This document shows, in pieces, positions 39,243 through 52,230 of a stretch of 64,000 nucleotides of DNA. Within the stretch, counting starts at the first letter, position 1; every line of letters starts with the position of its first letter. Source of the stretch: Octopus sinensis (lineage: Eukaryota); assembly GCF_006345805.1 (NCBI RefSeq), contig NC_043010.1:64170001-64234000 (forward strand). The letters run 5' to 3'. The notes under the pieces were generated by a model, which saw only the letters and a list, made by a program, of their open reading frames with translations, was not told the origin of the DNA and did not search any database. The position numbers and the translations under genes are program-made.

Positions 39243-39480
39243 ATGTATATATATGTATACATACACACACAAATCTAAATTGATAGATACAACTGAGTGG
39301 GCAAACAAAAATATGAGACACTGCCTAGTGCTTTTTTTTATTTTGATAAGCCTGGTACTTAATCTATCAGTTTATTCTTGTGAAACCAGTAAGTTATGGG
39401 GATGTAAATAAACGAACACCAGTTGTGAAGCAGTGATGAGGAAGAAACACAAAGACACACACATAAACTTACATATATAC
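38947..39480 (+). repeat. Local direct duplication of ~205 bp (38947-~39154 and 39277-~39480) containing a decayed SINE-like segment
   Basis: aaattgatagatacaactgagtgggcaaacaaaaatatgagacac.. occurs twice, separated by (CTAT)n. Confidence 0.85.
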
Positions 39481-39505
39481 ATACATATATATATATATAT
39501 ATATA

Positions 39506-39540
39506 CTAGCTGAAGGTGACCCGCTCTACGCGCGGGTAAG
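39506..39540 (-). mobile_element. Helitron 3' terminus
   Basis: Hairpin acccgc-tctacgc-gcgggt about 10 nt from CTAG (39506-39509). Confidence 0.65.
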
Positions 39541-39569
39541 AGTGTGGTTGTTACTTTCTGTTGCTTCCT

Positions 39570-39893
39570 TTCAGCACGTAAAAAGTACCATCCGAACGTG
39601 GCGGATTGCAGCGCCGCCTTGACTGGCTTCTGTGCCAGTGACACGTAAAAAGCACCAACCGATCGTGGCCATTGCCAGCCCCCCTGGCACCTGTGCCGGC
39701 GGCACGAAAAATGCACCCACTACGCTCACAGAGTGGTTGGCATTAGGAAGGGCATCCACCTGTAGAAACACTGCCAGATCAGACTGGAGCCTGGTGCAGC
39801 CTCCTGGCTTCCCAGACCCTGGTCCAACTGTCCAACCCGTGCTAGCACGGAAAACTGACGTTAAACGATGATGATGATGATGATTCTCCGTAT
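39570..39893 (+). mobile_element. 5'-truncated RTE copy (3' UTR only), same family as 1-2270
   Basis: gagtggttggcattaggaagggcatcca..gctagcacggaaaactgacgttaaac(gat)n. Confidence 0.85.
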
Positions 39894-41464
39894 TTGTTTC
39901 TCTCTCCTTTCTCTCTCACTTTCCCACTCTCTTACTTTTCTTTTCTCTCGGACTCTCCCTCGCTTTCTCTTACTCTCTATCTTTATCTATCTCTCTCCCA
40001 TTTATAAACAACAAAATATCTTGAGTAAGTTGAGAAATAAAATATTTAGAAAGATCAATCATAAATATCAGGCAGTAACAACGGAAAGGTCTGCTTCAAG
40101 GCAGACAGCAAAACACTAACATTTAAAAGGGACAGACGAACTTGCGAGCTGAATAAAAATAATAAAATATTGGAAACCAAAGTTTGAAGGGATAGAATCT
40201 GAGGATAGTAGTCACCATGGCTGGCATTTCTTAACGACGGACAGCAACGTTTTGACAGTTTAATGGCTGGCGTAAAATTTTGAACTTGATGTAAAAGAAA
40301 ATCCCTAAACACCAAGTTTTGAAGTGATTCTTTTTCACAACAGTAGACTCACCATGGCAAGCATTCAAAACTTCTTCATCATGGACGGCAACACATTGAC
40401 GATTAAAAGGCTGGCGCAAATTTTTTAGCTTGATGTAACAGAGAATTCCTAAACACCCGCTCCTTTAAATTTTAATCCCCTTCCAGCCCCATTTATACCC
40501 CTTTTCACATTTTGGTTAATATAACGTGATTTTATACGGGTGTACTGGGGCCACATTTTATAAGATGAGGAATTTTGTCCTAGAGGTCACGCCTTTCATT
40601 TGAGGAAAAAAAATAGTTGTCATGCAAACTTGCCAGCACTTTTAACATAGGTCTGCATCTATGTATGTGTGTGTGTGTATGTGTGTGTGTGTATGTATGT
40701 GTGTGTATGTATGTGTGTGTATGTATGGATTTCCATTGAGTCAACCTCATTTCTACATAGCAGACCGTTACATAAACAGGCAAAGGTACATACATACATG
40801 CACACTGACACATACATACACACACATACACATACATACACACACACACATACATAGATACATACACACACACACATACATGCATACATACATATACACA
40901 TACATGCATACACACGCACGCACTACAAAAACCGAGTAAAAAATTTCAGTTATCTCTCTCTTTCACACAGACAGATACATAAAAGAAGGCCGTTCGTATG
41001 AAATAGAGTGAGTATTGTGTGTTGTTGTTGGTGGTGGTGGTGGCGATGATAATTATCATTAGGAAAAAGAGTGAGTGAGTGAGGAAGACATATACATAAA
41101 TTGAGGCGATGATAATTCTCCCTATGAATGCAAACAGATACATCAAAGAAAGCCGCCTGAGGACCTTATAAAGGCAAAGTGAAAGGGAGTTGAGGGGAAT
41201 ACATTAAATAACGGGAGTGGACATTGTCAACGTTATAAATGAAGGGGAGTAAGAGAGGGAAAGAAGGAAATAGTGTGAGTGAAGAAGATGGCCCCTAGCA
41301 ACCACACCTTTTAAGATAGGGATTTCTAAGGTAGCCCACGCGCATCGTCACCTCATTCTACATGTCCCTGTAAATTTTGGAGCGAATCGGACGGGTCATA
41401 GTGGCATTGAAAGCGATCCAAGCGGTAAAAATGCATTTCAGTTTTATATATAGAGAAGATATAT

Positions 41465-41752
41465 GGAGGCGCAATGGCCTAGTGGTTAGGGCAGCGGACT
41501 CGTGGTCGCAGGATCGCGGTTTCGATTCCCAGACCGGGCGTTGTGAGTGTTTATTGAGCAAAAACACCTAAAAGCTCCACGAGGCTCCGGCAGGGGGTGG
41601 TGATCCCTGCTGTACTCTTTCACCACTCTTTCTTCTGTTGGCCTGCTCGCTTAGCCAGCGGGGTGGCGTCATTCGAAGGCTAAAACAATGCGAACGCATT
41701 TTGACCAGCGATGTGTAACAACATCTGATGGTCTGGTCGGTCACGTGATCAC

Positions 41753-41755
<3 letters not shown>
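41465..41755 (+). mobile_element. tRNA-derived SINE, head type 1 with body 2
   Basis: Same head as the 11949 copy up to ctgtactctttcaccac, then an unrelated 3' body. Confidence 0.85.
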
Positions 41756-41785
<30 letters not shown>

Positions 41786-41796
<11 letters not shown>

Positions 41797-41950
41797 TGGT
41801 TTCTTTCAGTTTCTGTCTACAAAATCCACTGTCAAGGCTTTGGTTGGTCTGATGATATAGCAGAAGACACATGCCAAGTTACCACACAGTGGGACTGAAC
41901 TGAGGACCATGTGTTTTGGAACGAAGTTTGTTACCACACAGCCACACCTG
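41786..41950 (-). mobile_element. Short SINE, family of the 12662 copy
   Basis: Reverse complement aligns by eye to 12662-12825. Confidence 0.7.
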
Positions 41951-42129
41951 CACCTATGCATGTGTGTGTTTGTGTGTGGGTGTGTGTATGTATGTGTATA
42001 TATGTATGCATGTATATATGTGTATATATATATATATGTGTACATATTACATGTACATCTATATATTTACGTACATCTACACATACATGTATACATATAC
42101 AGCTATACATATACCTGTATACATATACA

Positions 42130-42168
<39 letters not shown>

Positions 42169-42216
42169 GATGAGTGTATTTTTACCTTGTTAACAATTAA
42201 CACGGAAAAATAAATA

Positions 42217-42580
42217 AATACTGAAATAGTGAAGATATGATATTGCTGTGGGGTCGCTCTAGGGAAGAAGTTAAAAGTATGTTTTGCCCATAACGCTACA
42301 TGGACCCTAAGTAAGGCATGTGTAAAATTTGAATAAAATTGGTTGTGTAGTTCTCAAGTTTTAGGGATTCATACAGACAGACACACATTCTCAGTTTTAT
42401 ATATATATAGATATATTGAGCGTGTCATGAGAGTAACCCTATAGAGAAGCTCAGTAACTACTTTTCCCTGCTGCAACAGTCTACACAAAAGTCTTCTAGA
42501 TGTAGCAGTTGAGCGATTCTATCAGGAGCTATCTGTCACAATCAGATACTTGTTTAAACCTGCGTTAACTCCATTTTTTA

Positions 42581-42637
<57 letters not shown>

Positions 42638-43649
42638 ATATATTTACATTTATATATATATATATATACATCCATATATATATGTATATATATATATATA
42701 GTGAAGGCGCATGGCTCAGTGGTTAGAGCGTCGAGCTTACGATCGTGAGGTTGTGAGCTCGAATCCCGGACCGGGCTGGGTGTTGTGTTCTTGAGCAAGG
42801 CACTTTATTTCACGTTGCTCCAGTTCACTCAGCTGTAGAAATGAGTTGCGACATCACTGGTGCCAACCTGTATCGACCTTTGCCTTTCCCTTGGATAACA
42901 CTGGTGGCGTGGAGAGGGGAGGCTGGTATGCATGGGCGACTGCTGGTCTTCCATAAACAACTGTGCCCGGACTTGTGTCTAGGAGGGTAACTTTCTAGGT
43001 GCAATCCCATGGTCATTCATGACCGAAGGGGGTCTTTACCCTTTTTACCCTTTATATATATATATATATACACACACATGTAAATTTAAATTTAAAATAA
43101 TAAGGGTGAAAAATTGAATAATAATTTGATTAATATGAATTGAAAACCAGTGGTGTAGCATATAAGACCATAGCGGATCTTCTAGCAAAATGGATGTACA
43201 CTGTTAATGGTTCATCCCTGTTATATAATAGTTTCACTTTATTAGTTTCAGTATTAAGGTGAAAGCCTGTGACATTACAATAGATATTTTTGTTTCACTT
43301 TTAATACGTAATACTGAAATAGTGAAGATATGATATTGCTGTGGGGTCGCTCTAGGGAAGAAGTTAAAAATATGTTTTGCCCATAACGCTACATGGACCC
43401 TAAGTAAGGCATGTGTAAAATTTGAATGAAATTGGTTGTGTAGTTCTCAAGTTTTAGGGATTCATACAAACAGACAGACAGACAGACACACATTCTCAGT
43501 TTTTTTATATATAGATATATTGAGCGTGTCATGAGAGTAACCCTACAGAGAAGCTCAGTAACTACTTTTCCCTGCTGCAACAGTCTACACAAAAATCTTC
43601 TAGATGTAGCAGTTGAGCGATTCTATCAGGAGCTATCTGTCACAATCAG
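42217..43649. repeat. ~330-bp direct duplication (42217-42545 and 43310-43649) spanning a Helitron 5' end and its flanking DNA
   Basis: Near-identical copies; ttttatatatataga is the reverse complement of a Helitron TCTATATATATAAAA start. Confidence 0.88.
42702..43050 (+). mobile_element. tRNA-derived SINE with a CORE/Meta-like central domain
   Basis: A box tggctcagtgg, B-like box gagctcgaatcc, then ttgagcaaggcacttt..ctcagctgtagaaatg. Confidence 0.8.
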
Positions 43650-44299
43650 CGTAATCCATCACACAATGTTCTCTTAAATGATGGCTATTTTAACACTCAA
43701 CCAATGCCTAGAGATTCACTCTTAGCTTTCAGAAAAAAGAACACCAATAAAATTATCAAGTAGATAAATGACCTCATGCAACAGCACTGTGCTGTTGCTA
43801 CAATGTTTCAAAAGTAAGCTCTGGGCATATTGTCAGTCCTGTGACAGCGTTAATCAATCGGAATACATTACAACTAAAAAGAAGATGATTAATAGCATTA
43901 AAAAAATTCACAACACAGTTGAATGTGTTGAATTTGACCATAGAATCGTTTCGTGCAAATGTCAGATAAGTTTGTGCCTAAAACCATATAAAATAATTTG
44001 GCTGGGGAAAAGAAACAGGTGGCACTAACCCATAGCAGGAGTTATAATTGCCCTAAGAGTGCTTAACGGGATGTTAGTGCATTTCTAGTCCCATTGCTAA
44101 CTCGTATGTTTATTTTCCACCGGCTGGATTGAGGCAATATAAAATAATTCGCCTTGCACAAAGTCATAATGCATTGTTCGGTCAGTCAAAGAATCGAACT
44201 CACAGTCGAATGGTCGTGAACCCAAGATACTAGCACCCTACCTAACCACTGACTTAGGTCTGTCTGTCAGTCTGCCTGTCTATCTGTCTGTCTGTATAT

Positions 44300-45240
44300 T
44301 ACTTTCATTGACTTCAGCTAGATTCAGCAGCCATTCTGGGGTGCTGCCCTAAGTGTGATTGGTTTTTATTTCACACTCACTTCCCAACTTTCTCTCCAGA
44401 GCAGTTTCTGGTGAAGTTCGACAGAGCTGTTCCTTGTCTTTCCTGCTGCGACGTGTCTTGTCTGGTATCACAGATAAAAATTTATCCAAATGTTCTTTGA
44501 AAACATCCACACTTCGCAGATTTCTGAGGTTGTTTTGCAGATTGTTGAAATGTTGTGCGCCCTTGAAACCTAAGCTGTCACAGTACTGGATCCTTGCTCT
44601 AGATAGAGAGGACGGGATCTTTGGTGCACTGCAGTAGGTCCAGTCCGGTTGGCATCACTTTTAATCACAAAGTTGGGAGCTAGACCTTCCAGGATATCAC
44701 ACACACACATCAATCCATATCTTTCGTATTTTCTCTAGGAAGAAGAACCTCAATTCTTTTAGCCTTTTTTAGTAGCTCATCTGTTGCATCAAATAAATCT
44801 TTGTATGGTGGCATTGGATCACCTCTAGTTCCGCTGCTAGTTTGGCCCTTTGTGGCAACTACAGCTGGAAGAAGTAGTCTTGGCGATTGTGAACAAATGC
44901 TTTCCATAGGAGTCGCATGTTATCCTTTTTCGTTGTTCTGAATGATTTCAAAACCATGTGGATTTCCAGGTCACGGATCGACTCTGATTCTGGAAATGAA
45001 TTAACTCTAGCACATGTGTTCCGATTGCAATCTGTTTGTGAGCCGATAGTTGAGTACATAGAATTATGCAGCGTTGAACTGCATGTTATTTTCATCTGCC
45101 CACTTGAATATTGTATTCAGGTCTTTCTGCAGTTTTAAAGTGTCATCAAGGGCCTTGACTGCTTGCGTTACTTGTGTATTATTTGCATGACTAAGGGCAT
45201 ATCTGAGAGCGCTACCACAAAAAGTAGTGGTCCTGGTACA
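44300..45240 (-). mobile_element. Old, degraded 3' part of a CR1-group LINE
   Basis: LQKDLNTIFKWADENNMQFN, SIRDLEI, LLWKAFV..RQDY; decayed tail. Confidence 0.75.
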
Positions 45241-45339
45241 ATTACTTGAGGACTCCACTGAAAATCGATGCATACTCTGAAGGAGCACTATTAGTTACGT
45301 CTATTTGATTTCTTGCCGTGCAAATTACATAGTGATCTT

Positions 45340-45545
45340 ACTAGTGCCGTGCCACAAAGAAAGTAGCCAGTACACTCTGTAAAGTGGTTGGCGTTAAAAG
45401 GGCACCGGACCACAGAAACCATACTAAAATAGACACTGGAGATTGGCACCAACTTCTCGATTATCGTTTCCTGTCGAACTTTCCAACTCATGCCAGCAAG
45501 GAAAATTGACGTTAAACGGCGATGACGGTAATGATCATGATCATA
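45340..45545 (+). mobile_element. Diverged RTE 3' UTR fragment
   Basis: agtggttggcgttaaaagggca..gacgttaaacggcgatgac. Confidence 0.6.
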
Positions 45546-46303
45546 TGTACACGTAGCGCCCAAATACTATGCTGCAATATACACCATCACTCAAAAGAAA
45601 GTGAAGAAGAGCAACCATTGTCACGCTTGAATCGAGTTCACTGTACCCACGTACACCGAGGTCTCTGAGTGTACAGAAATATACTGAGCAGTGGTAAGAC
45701 TATGTGACTAAACTTCAACACTATACCACATTCGATTAACAATGAAAATAAAAAACCTAATTGTAGAAATAGCAGCCAAATACCCCTCAAATCACAGCCT
45801 ACCATCATAGAAAAAGACAAACTGATAATGTAGTCGTGGGTTTCAGACACAATGAAAAAATGATTTGATTATTCTTGAAATGTCTATGACCATTTCAGTC
45901 TAATCTGACCACAAAATCGTCCAGTTATCTATACCCCAACTATCCATTAAACCACCTACTGAACCATTTAGTCTTTCAATAAGCCATTTCCCTAACCATC
46001 CACCAAACTATGCACCAACCTACCACCAAATGATTCATCAAGCCTCCTGCAAGACCACCTATTAGGTCAGCTAAAACATTATCTATCCACTAAGCTATTC
46101 TCAAAGCCACCCACAAAATTAATCCGCCAAACCATTCAAACAACCATCTACCAAACCGCCTATGAGATCACTCACAAAACCACTTGACAAATCTTCCGCC
46201 AAACAATTTAATAAACCGTTCAACAAACCATCTACTGCACCATTCACCATACTACCCACCAAACTTCACTAAATTTCATGTTGCATTCTTCATTTTTTTT
46301 CAG

Positions 46304-46564
46304 AGAACATTGCTCTAGGTAGACCAGCAACACAAAGCACTACTTACGGACACAACAAAACCCGCGTATTCAGCCATGGAGGTAGTTGTACTCAAAAGAT
46401 TGCACCAATGTTGGCTTCCTACGCTGTAGATGGGACTCGCGACCCTGAATATGAACACCACACATGTACGAGTACTCACAACGTAACAAACAATTGGTGG
46501 CAAGTTAAACTTGATAAAGTATACAACTTAACTGAAATGAAGATTTACAACAGAAACACACAAA
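46304..46564 (+). CDS. Host gene exon E: N-terminal part of an F-type lectin (FTP/fucolectin) domain; absent from the ORF track
   Basis: catttttttt-cAG acceptor, GTAAGT donor, 261 bp, phase 1-1, open; NIALGRPATQSTTY..ASYAVDG..TCTST..NWWQVKLDKVYNLTEMKIYNRNTQ. Confidence 0.9.
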
Positions 46565-47312
46565 GTAAGTTCTGATATGATCTCTACACTGAAATGTATA
46601 GTATTGTCATTAATGTTGTTATTGAGCCCCAAGTAGACCTTCTATAATCAAAGACATTTAAGCCACAGCAATCCCGTCTTCTTTTAGGAATATCTTGTAC
46701 AATGTAATTTTTAAGAAGCTAGGGAGAAACATTTGAGCATGCTATAGCAGCTATTTATGTCAAATAATATTTAAGGATAGACGCTAACACCAAAATTTGA
46801 TGATTCTGTGGTGTTTTTTAAAATTTTATAAAGGACATACTCAATTGAACAGAGACCGCTTAACTGTCTAACAATACCTAAAATGCACACACACACACAC
46901 AGAGAGGGTGTTCCTAAATGTATACACACTTTAATGTTAACGACTCATTTCATTTTTGCTTTCATTCAATCAATTTGAAATAAATAAGGGAATCAGACAA
47001 ATTTTTGAACGAAGGAAATTTATTCGAGAGTGCTTCAAGAAGTTTGAAGACAAATTAAGAGGGAGTTTTAATCAAATCAACCCATGTGATTTACAATCAC
47101 ATGAATTAGATATAACTTTGATGCAGATGGAACTATTCAGAATGTTTACAAGAAATGTTCTGGAAGATCGCGGCCATCGACAAACCTCAAAAATCGAGAT
47201 AGAGTACTTGAAAATATATTGTCGGAGTTTAGGAAAATGTACAGGAAGAGAGTCGTGATATAGAAGTTTCAAAATAAGCAACCATCGCATTTTGATATTA
47301 CATATATGTATG

Positions 47313-47364
<52 letters not shown>

Positions 47365-47452
47365 TATATGTATATATATGTATGTATGTATATATGTATG
47401 TATGTACGTATATATATATCTATATATATCTATATATATATGTATATAAATG

Positions 47453-47516
<64 letters not shown>

Positions 47517-47614
47517 GGTGAGTACTTGATAATTGTAAGCACCTGTATATACCGTTTGGTGGTGTAGGTGGTGGAGTAAATTAATCAAAATAAAAACATG
47601 ATGCCAAGGATTCA

Positions 47615-47692
47615 GCGGTACATATGTTTCGGGCCTTTATTAGACGGATTTATAACAATGCATAATGTGTGTCTGTGGCCTTCTTCAGCCGC
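47615..47692 (-). ncRNA. Type I hammerhead ribozyme motif, left arm
   Basis: Reverse complement of the 50235-50312 motif, with one difference in the helix II extension. Confidence 0.72.
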
Positions 47693-50234
47693 GCACAACT
47701 ACTACCTCAAGGACATGTATTACATCAAAAATTCTGCGTTGGGGATGCAAATCCTCTCATTCGCGTACGACATAATGCGGCAACAGCATAAAAATGAAGC
47801 GTCCATCTCGTCCTCTCAATGTAGAATGAGGAAGTTTGGATGTTGAGGTAATATAAATAAATGAATAAATAAATATATACATATATAGATACGGACAGAC
47901 GTGAAGGAACCTGGTAATAAGAGCAAATAGAGATAAAGATGGAGGGGCGAGAATTCAGGACGAAGGATAAAAAATATATAAAAAGTGTAAGTATAGAAAA
48001 ATATAAAAATGTAGAGTATAAAGAAATAGAGATATAAAAATATTTAAAAAAATAAATGAATATAAAGGTATAAAGTTATAAAAAAAATAAAAGAATAAAA
48101 AATAAGAAGATAAAAAAAAAAAATTATCAGAAGTATAAAGGGTATAAGAGTGTAGGAATGTAAAAGAATATAAGGATAAGGGATATATAGTAGTTACGGA
48201 CCAAACATGGTGGTCAGGAAAATGACAAATTTTGGTTGTAGAAGTCTTGGGTGTGATAAATCAACCGGGGCGTCTGGGGACCTAGTGTATTGTAAATTAG
48301 AGTTGTTGAGCCGTTTATCTAGTTCTTCGTAACGTATTAAGTGGTCATCATGTACATACATACCTGCATGGATACATACACCCATATACACGCGCACATA
48401 TATGCACGCATACGCAACTACACGCATACAAGCATACATACGTACTCTCGTGTAAACATATACAGATATATATGGAAAAAGGCGCATGTAGTTGGGTACA
48501 CGAACCGACGCGCATACGTACGCCCATACACTCACATGCGTTCATATAGGCACACTCGCACTTACACGCATTTACAAGACGAAGTGAATCTCTATGCATG
48601 TGGGCAGGAACATGTATACACCTGCACTCGCGTCCACCCCCACGCACATGGGGGAGTAGATCCCTATGCCTATACACAAAGGTATGCATATGCACAGACA
48701 CAGGTATAACAAAAGGATCCGTTCTTGCACACGGGTAAGATATGGAGTCATAGTGGGTACATTAGGTAGACATGAACGTAAGGAACTTGCGGACAAAAGA
48801 TTTTAACAGAATATGCATATATATACACGGACAATCTACATATGCATATATATATACACACACACGCACATACGCATATATATATATATATACACACACA
48901 TATATGCATACGTATATATGTATATATATACATATACACATATACATACACACACACATACACACACCCATACCCGCACACGCACATATATATGTGTGTG
49001 CATACATACACACCCATGTGTACATACATACACGCATACATACATACACACGGACCCACGCACACGTATCCACACGCACACATCTGTGTGTCTATACGTG
49101 CGTGTGCACATACACTTACATACACATACACAGACACACACACATATAGGTGTAGATATAAGATATTAAAAGATGTATAAAAAATGTATATAAGGAATCT
49201 ACAAATGCATGTAAAGAAACGGACCCACGCACACGTATCTACATGCACACGCGCACACATCTGTGTGTCTATACGTGCGTGTACATATACACTTACATAC
49301 ACATACACAAACACACACACATATAGGTATAGATATAAGATATTAAAAGATGTATAAAAATATGTATATAAGAAATCTACAAAAGCATGTAAAAAAATTA
49401 TTAAAAAAGTATAACGGGGGGTACACATATAAACACAGATATTTACTCATACATATGCATACACATATATACATATACATACATACACAGACACACGTAT
49501 AATCATAAAGCGGATACATAGATAAGTAAATAAGGGAAGGCTAAAAATAGACATATATAGAGATATAAAAATAGGAGTAAGAATAAGGGTAAGAATAAGA
49601 ATTAGAAATAAAAATAAGAAATAAAATATAAAAATTAAAACAAAGAATGAAAATAAAAATAAGAATAAAAGTAAAGTAAAATAAAATAGGATAAAATAAA
49701 ATAAAAATGTAATCGGGTAAAGCTTAACATGAGATGAAGGTAAAGATAAAAGGTGGTTGAAAATGTAAAGTTATAGTTGTGTGCTAAAGGTGACCATTTT
49801 ATTTTTTATTTTTTATTTTTTTATCTTATTTTTTATTCTTTTATTTTTTTTATAACTTTATACCTTTATATTCATTTATATTTTTTAAATATTTTTTATA
49901 TCTCTTTATTTCTTTATACTCTATATTTTTATATACTTACACTTTTTATATATTTTTTATCCTTCGTCCTGAATTCTCGCCCCTCCATCTTTATCTCTAT
50001 TTGCTCTTATTACCAGGTTCCTTCACGTCTGTCCGTATCTATATATGTATATATTTATTTATTCATTTATTTATATTACCTCAACATCCAAACTTCCTCA
50101 TTCTACATTGAGAGGACGAGATGGACGCTTCATTTTTATGCTGTTGCCGCATTATGTCGTACGCGAATGAGAGGATTTGCATCCCCAACGCAGAATTTTT
50201 GATGTAATACATGTCCTTGAGGTAGTAGTTGTGC

Positions 50235-50312
50235 GCGGCTGAAGAAGGCCACAGACAAACATTATGCATTGTTATAAATCCGTCTAATAAAGGCCCGAAA
50301 CATATGTACCGC
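50235..50312 (+). ncRNA. Type I hammerhead ribozyme motif with palindromic helix III, right arm
   Basis: GCGG-CUGAAGA-aGGCC..GGCCc-GAAA; palindrome ACAUAUGU; GUA triplet (cut after 50308); CCGC closes helix I. Confidence 0.72.
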
Positions 50313-50364
50313 TGAATCCTTGGCATCATGTTTTTATTTTGATTAATTTATATATATATATATA

Positions 50365-51001
50365 CTAGCAGTATCGCCCGGCGTTGCTCGGGTTTGTAAG
50401 GGAAATAACTATATAAGCATTTTTAGAGAGTTATAGCCAAAAAAGAGCAAAAAATGCATTAAAAATGGAAAAAAGATGATGGTAAATTTTTTGAAAAATC
50501 GTTGACTCATCGTAGACATTTTTAGAGAGTTACTTCCCTTATATAATAGCGAAAAAATGCATTAAAATGGAAAAAAAACGATGGTAAATTTTTTTTTAAA
50601 TCGTAGACTCATGTAGACGCTTTCTTAGCCATTTCTGTTTTGGTGTCTTCAAGCCATGAAGTCGTTGTTCTAAAAGAACGCTGGTCTCCTTGACAACGCA
50701 TTACGACGTTGATTTCCTTACACTCCCTTCCCCTCAGGTGCAGGTGTGAGCGTGGGCGCCAACTCCGCCGCCATCGACACATGAAAAATTATGCATTAAA
50801 ATGGAATAAAAAATGATGTTAAATTATTTTTAAAATCGTAGACTCATCGTAGACGCGCGCTAATACTCAGACGGGCTCGATATGAATCACGACTATAAGA
50901 TACCCGAATTTGGTTAAACTGCACCGCAAAATGTGGGAGTAGTTAGGAATCTAAATCGAAGGGGACAGACACTCACACAACTACAGTTTTATATATATAG
51001 A
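50365..51001 (-). mobile_element. Complete non-autonomous Helitron (~640 bp)
   Basis: Minus strand: A|TCTATATATATAAAA start, hairpin cccgagcaacgccggg, CTAG|T end. Confidence 0.85.
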
Positions 51002-51019
51002 TATACATAGCGCAGTAGT

Positions 51020-51295
51020 GGTGAGATGTGACAGCAAAGAAAAGCATACATTCACTCTCTGCATGCAATTAGACTCGGAAAGTTCGTGAGGAACCCATTG
51101 ACCCAATTTGCTGACTTTTCCGATAGCACACAGCTCTCAATGAATGGTTGAATGACCAAATCCAAGCTTCTCTGCTAGTTCCTCAACAGTTACGATGAGA
51201 TTTTGTTCCACCAGGGTTTTCAGGATGTCCTTGTCGAGTTCTACAGATCTTTCAGGATGAGGCTCGTCTTCTAGGCTGTTCCAATATAGCTTTGA
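51020..51295 (-). mobile_element. Mariner transposase fragment
   Basis: SLEDEPHPERSVELDKDILKTLVEQN..TVEELAEKLGFGHSTIH*..GKVSKLGQWVPHEL. Confidence 0.8.
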
Positions 51296-51449
51296 AAAAA
51301 ATAGCTGTTAAAATCGAAATGCACTCTTCAAAACTTGCACTATGAATAAGGACAAGATAAAATTACTACCTGCTTTTATAGCAAGTTAATATAAGTAGTT
51401 TATCCCATTCCCCTCTGACTTTTAGTTCAAGCCGTTGAAAAAACCGCAT

Positions 51450-51472
51450 TATTATATATATATATACATACA

Positions 51473-51504
<32 letters not shown>

Positions 51505-51734
51505 CACACACACTCTCTCTCTCACACACATGCACACATTTATATTCTGTTATTCTTTTATATGTTTCAGCCTTGAGGTTGTGGCCATGCTGGATCATGT
51601 GTGTGTGTGTGTCTATCTGTCTGTCTGTCTGTATGTATATATGTATATGTATGTGTGTGAACAATAATATTTTCAACAGATGTGCTGCAAATGTATCTGA
51701 TTGTTCTCAAGCTTCAATACTGTGTGTGTGTGTA

Positions 51735-51765
<31 letters not shown>

Positions 51766-52230
51766 ATGTATGTATGTATATGTATGTATGTGTGTATGTA
51801 TGTATGTATGTGTGTGTGTATTATATATATATATACATACATACATACATACATATACACACACACTCTCTCTCTCACACACATGCACACATTTATATTC
51901 TGTTATTCTTTTATATGTTTCAGCCTTGAGGTTGTGGCCATGCTGGATCATGTGTGTGTGTGTGTCTATCTGTCTGTCTGTCTGTATGTATATATGTATA
52001 TGTATGTGTGTGAACAATAATATTTTCAACAGATGTGTTGCAAATGTATCTGATTGTTCTCAAGCTTCAATACTGTGTGTGTGTGTGTATGTGTGTGTGT
52101 GTGTGTATGTATGTATATGTATGTATGTATATGTATGTATGTATGTATGTGTGTATGTATGTATGTCTGTGTGTATGTATGTATGTGTGTGTGTGTGTAT
52201 GTGTATGTATGTATGTATGTATGTATGTAT
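51450..52230 (+). repeat. Tandem duplication of a ~350-370-bp unit of microsatellites, a SINE/LINE tail tip and unique DNA
   Basis: cacatgcacacatttatattctg..gtggccatgctgga..ttcaatactg occurs twice. Confidence 0.88.

Larger units (their letters stand above)
47577..50350. mobile_element. 2.8-kb non-coding element with ~530-bp near-identical inverted arms (47577-48107 and 49824-50350), PLE-like
   Basis: Arms match almost base for base and give the same 82-aa ORF on opposite strands; the interior is microsatellite-rich with a ~170-bp tandem duplication near 49050-49390. Confidence 0.9.

Noticed and set aside
46900-47290. ORF 46956-47258 as a host exon
   Set aside because: No good splice sites and no lectin motifs; it follows a TIR-like cagagagggtgttcctaaa and is more likely a decayed DNA transposon fragment.
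47598-47846. Identical 82-aa ORF here and at 50081-50329 on the opposite strand
   Set aside because: It is a by-product of the inverted repeat; there is no domain signature, and the sequence is better explained as a ribozyme-bearing terminal repeat.
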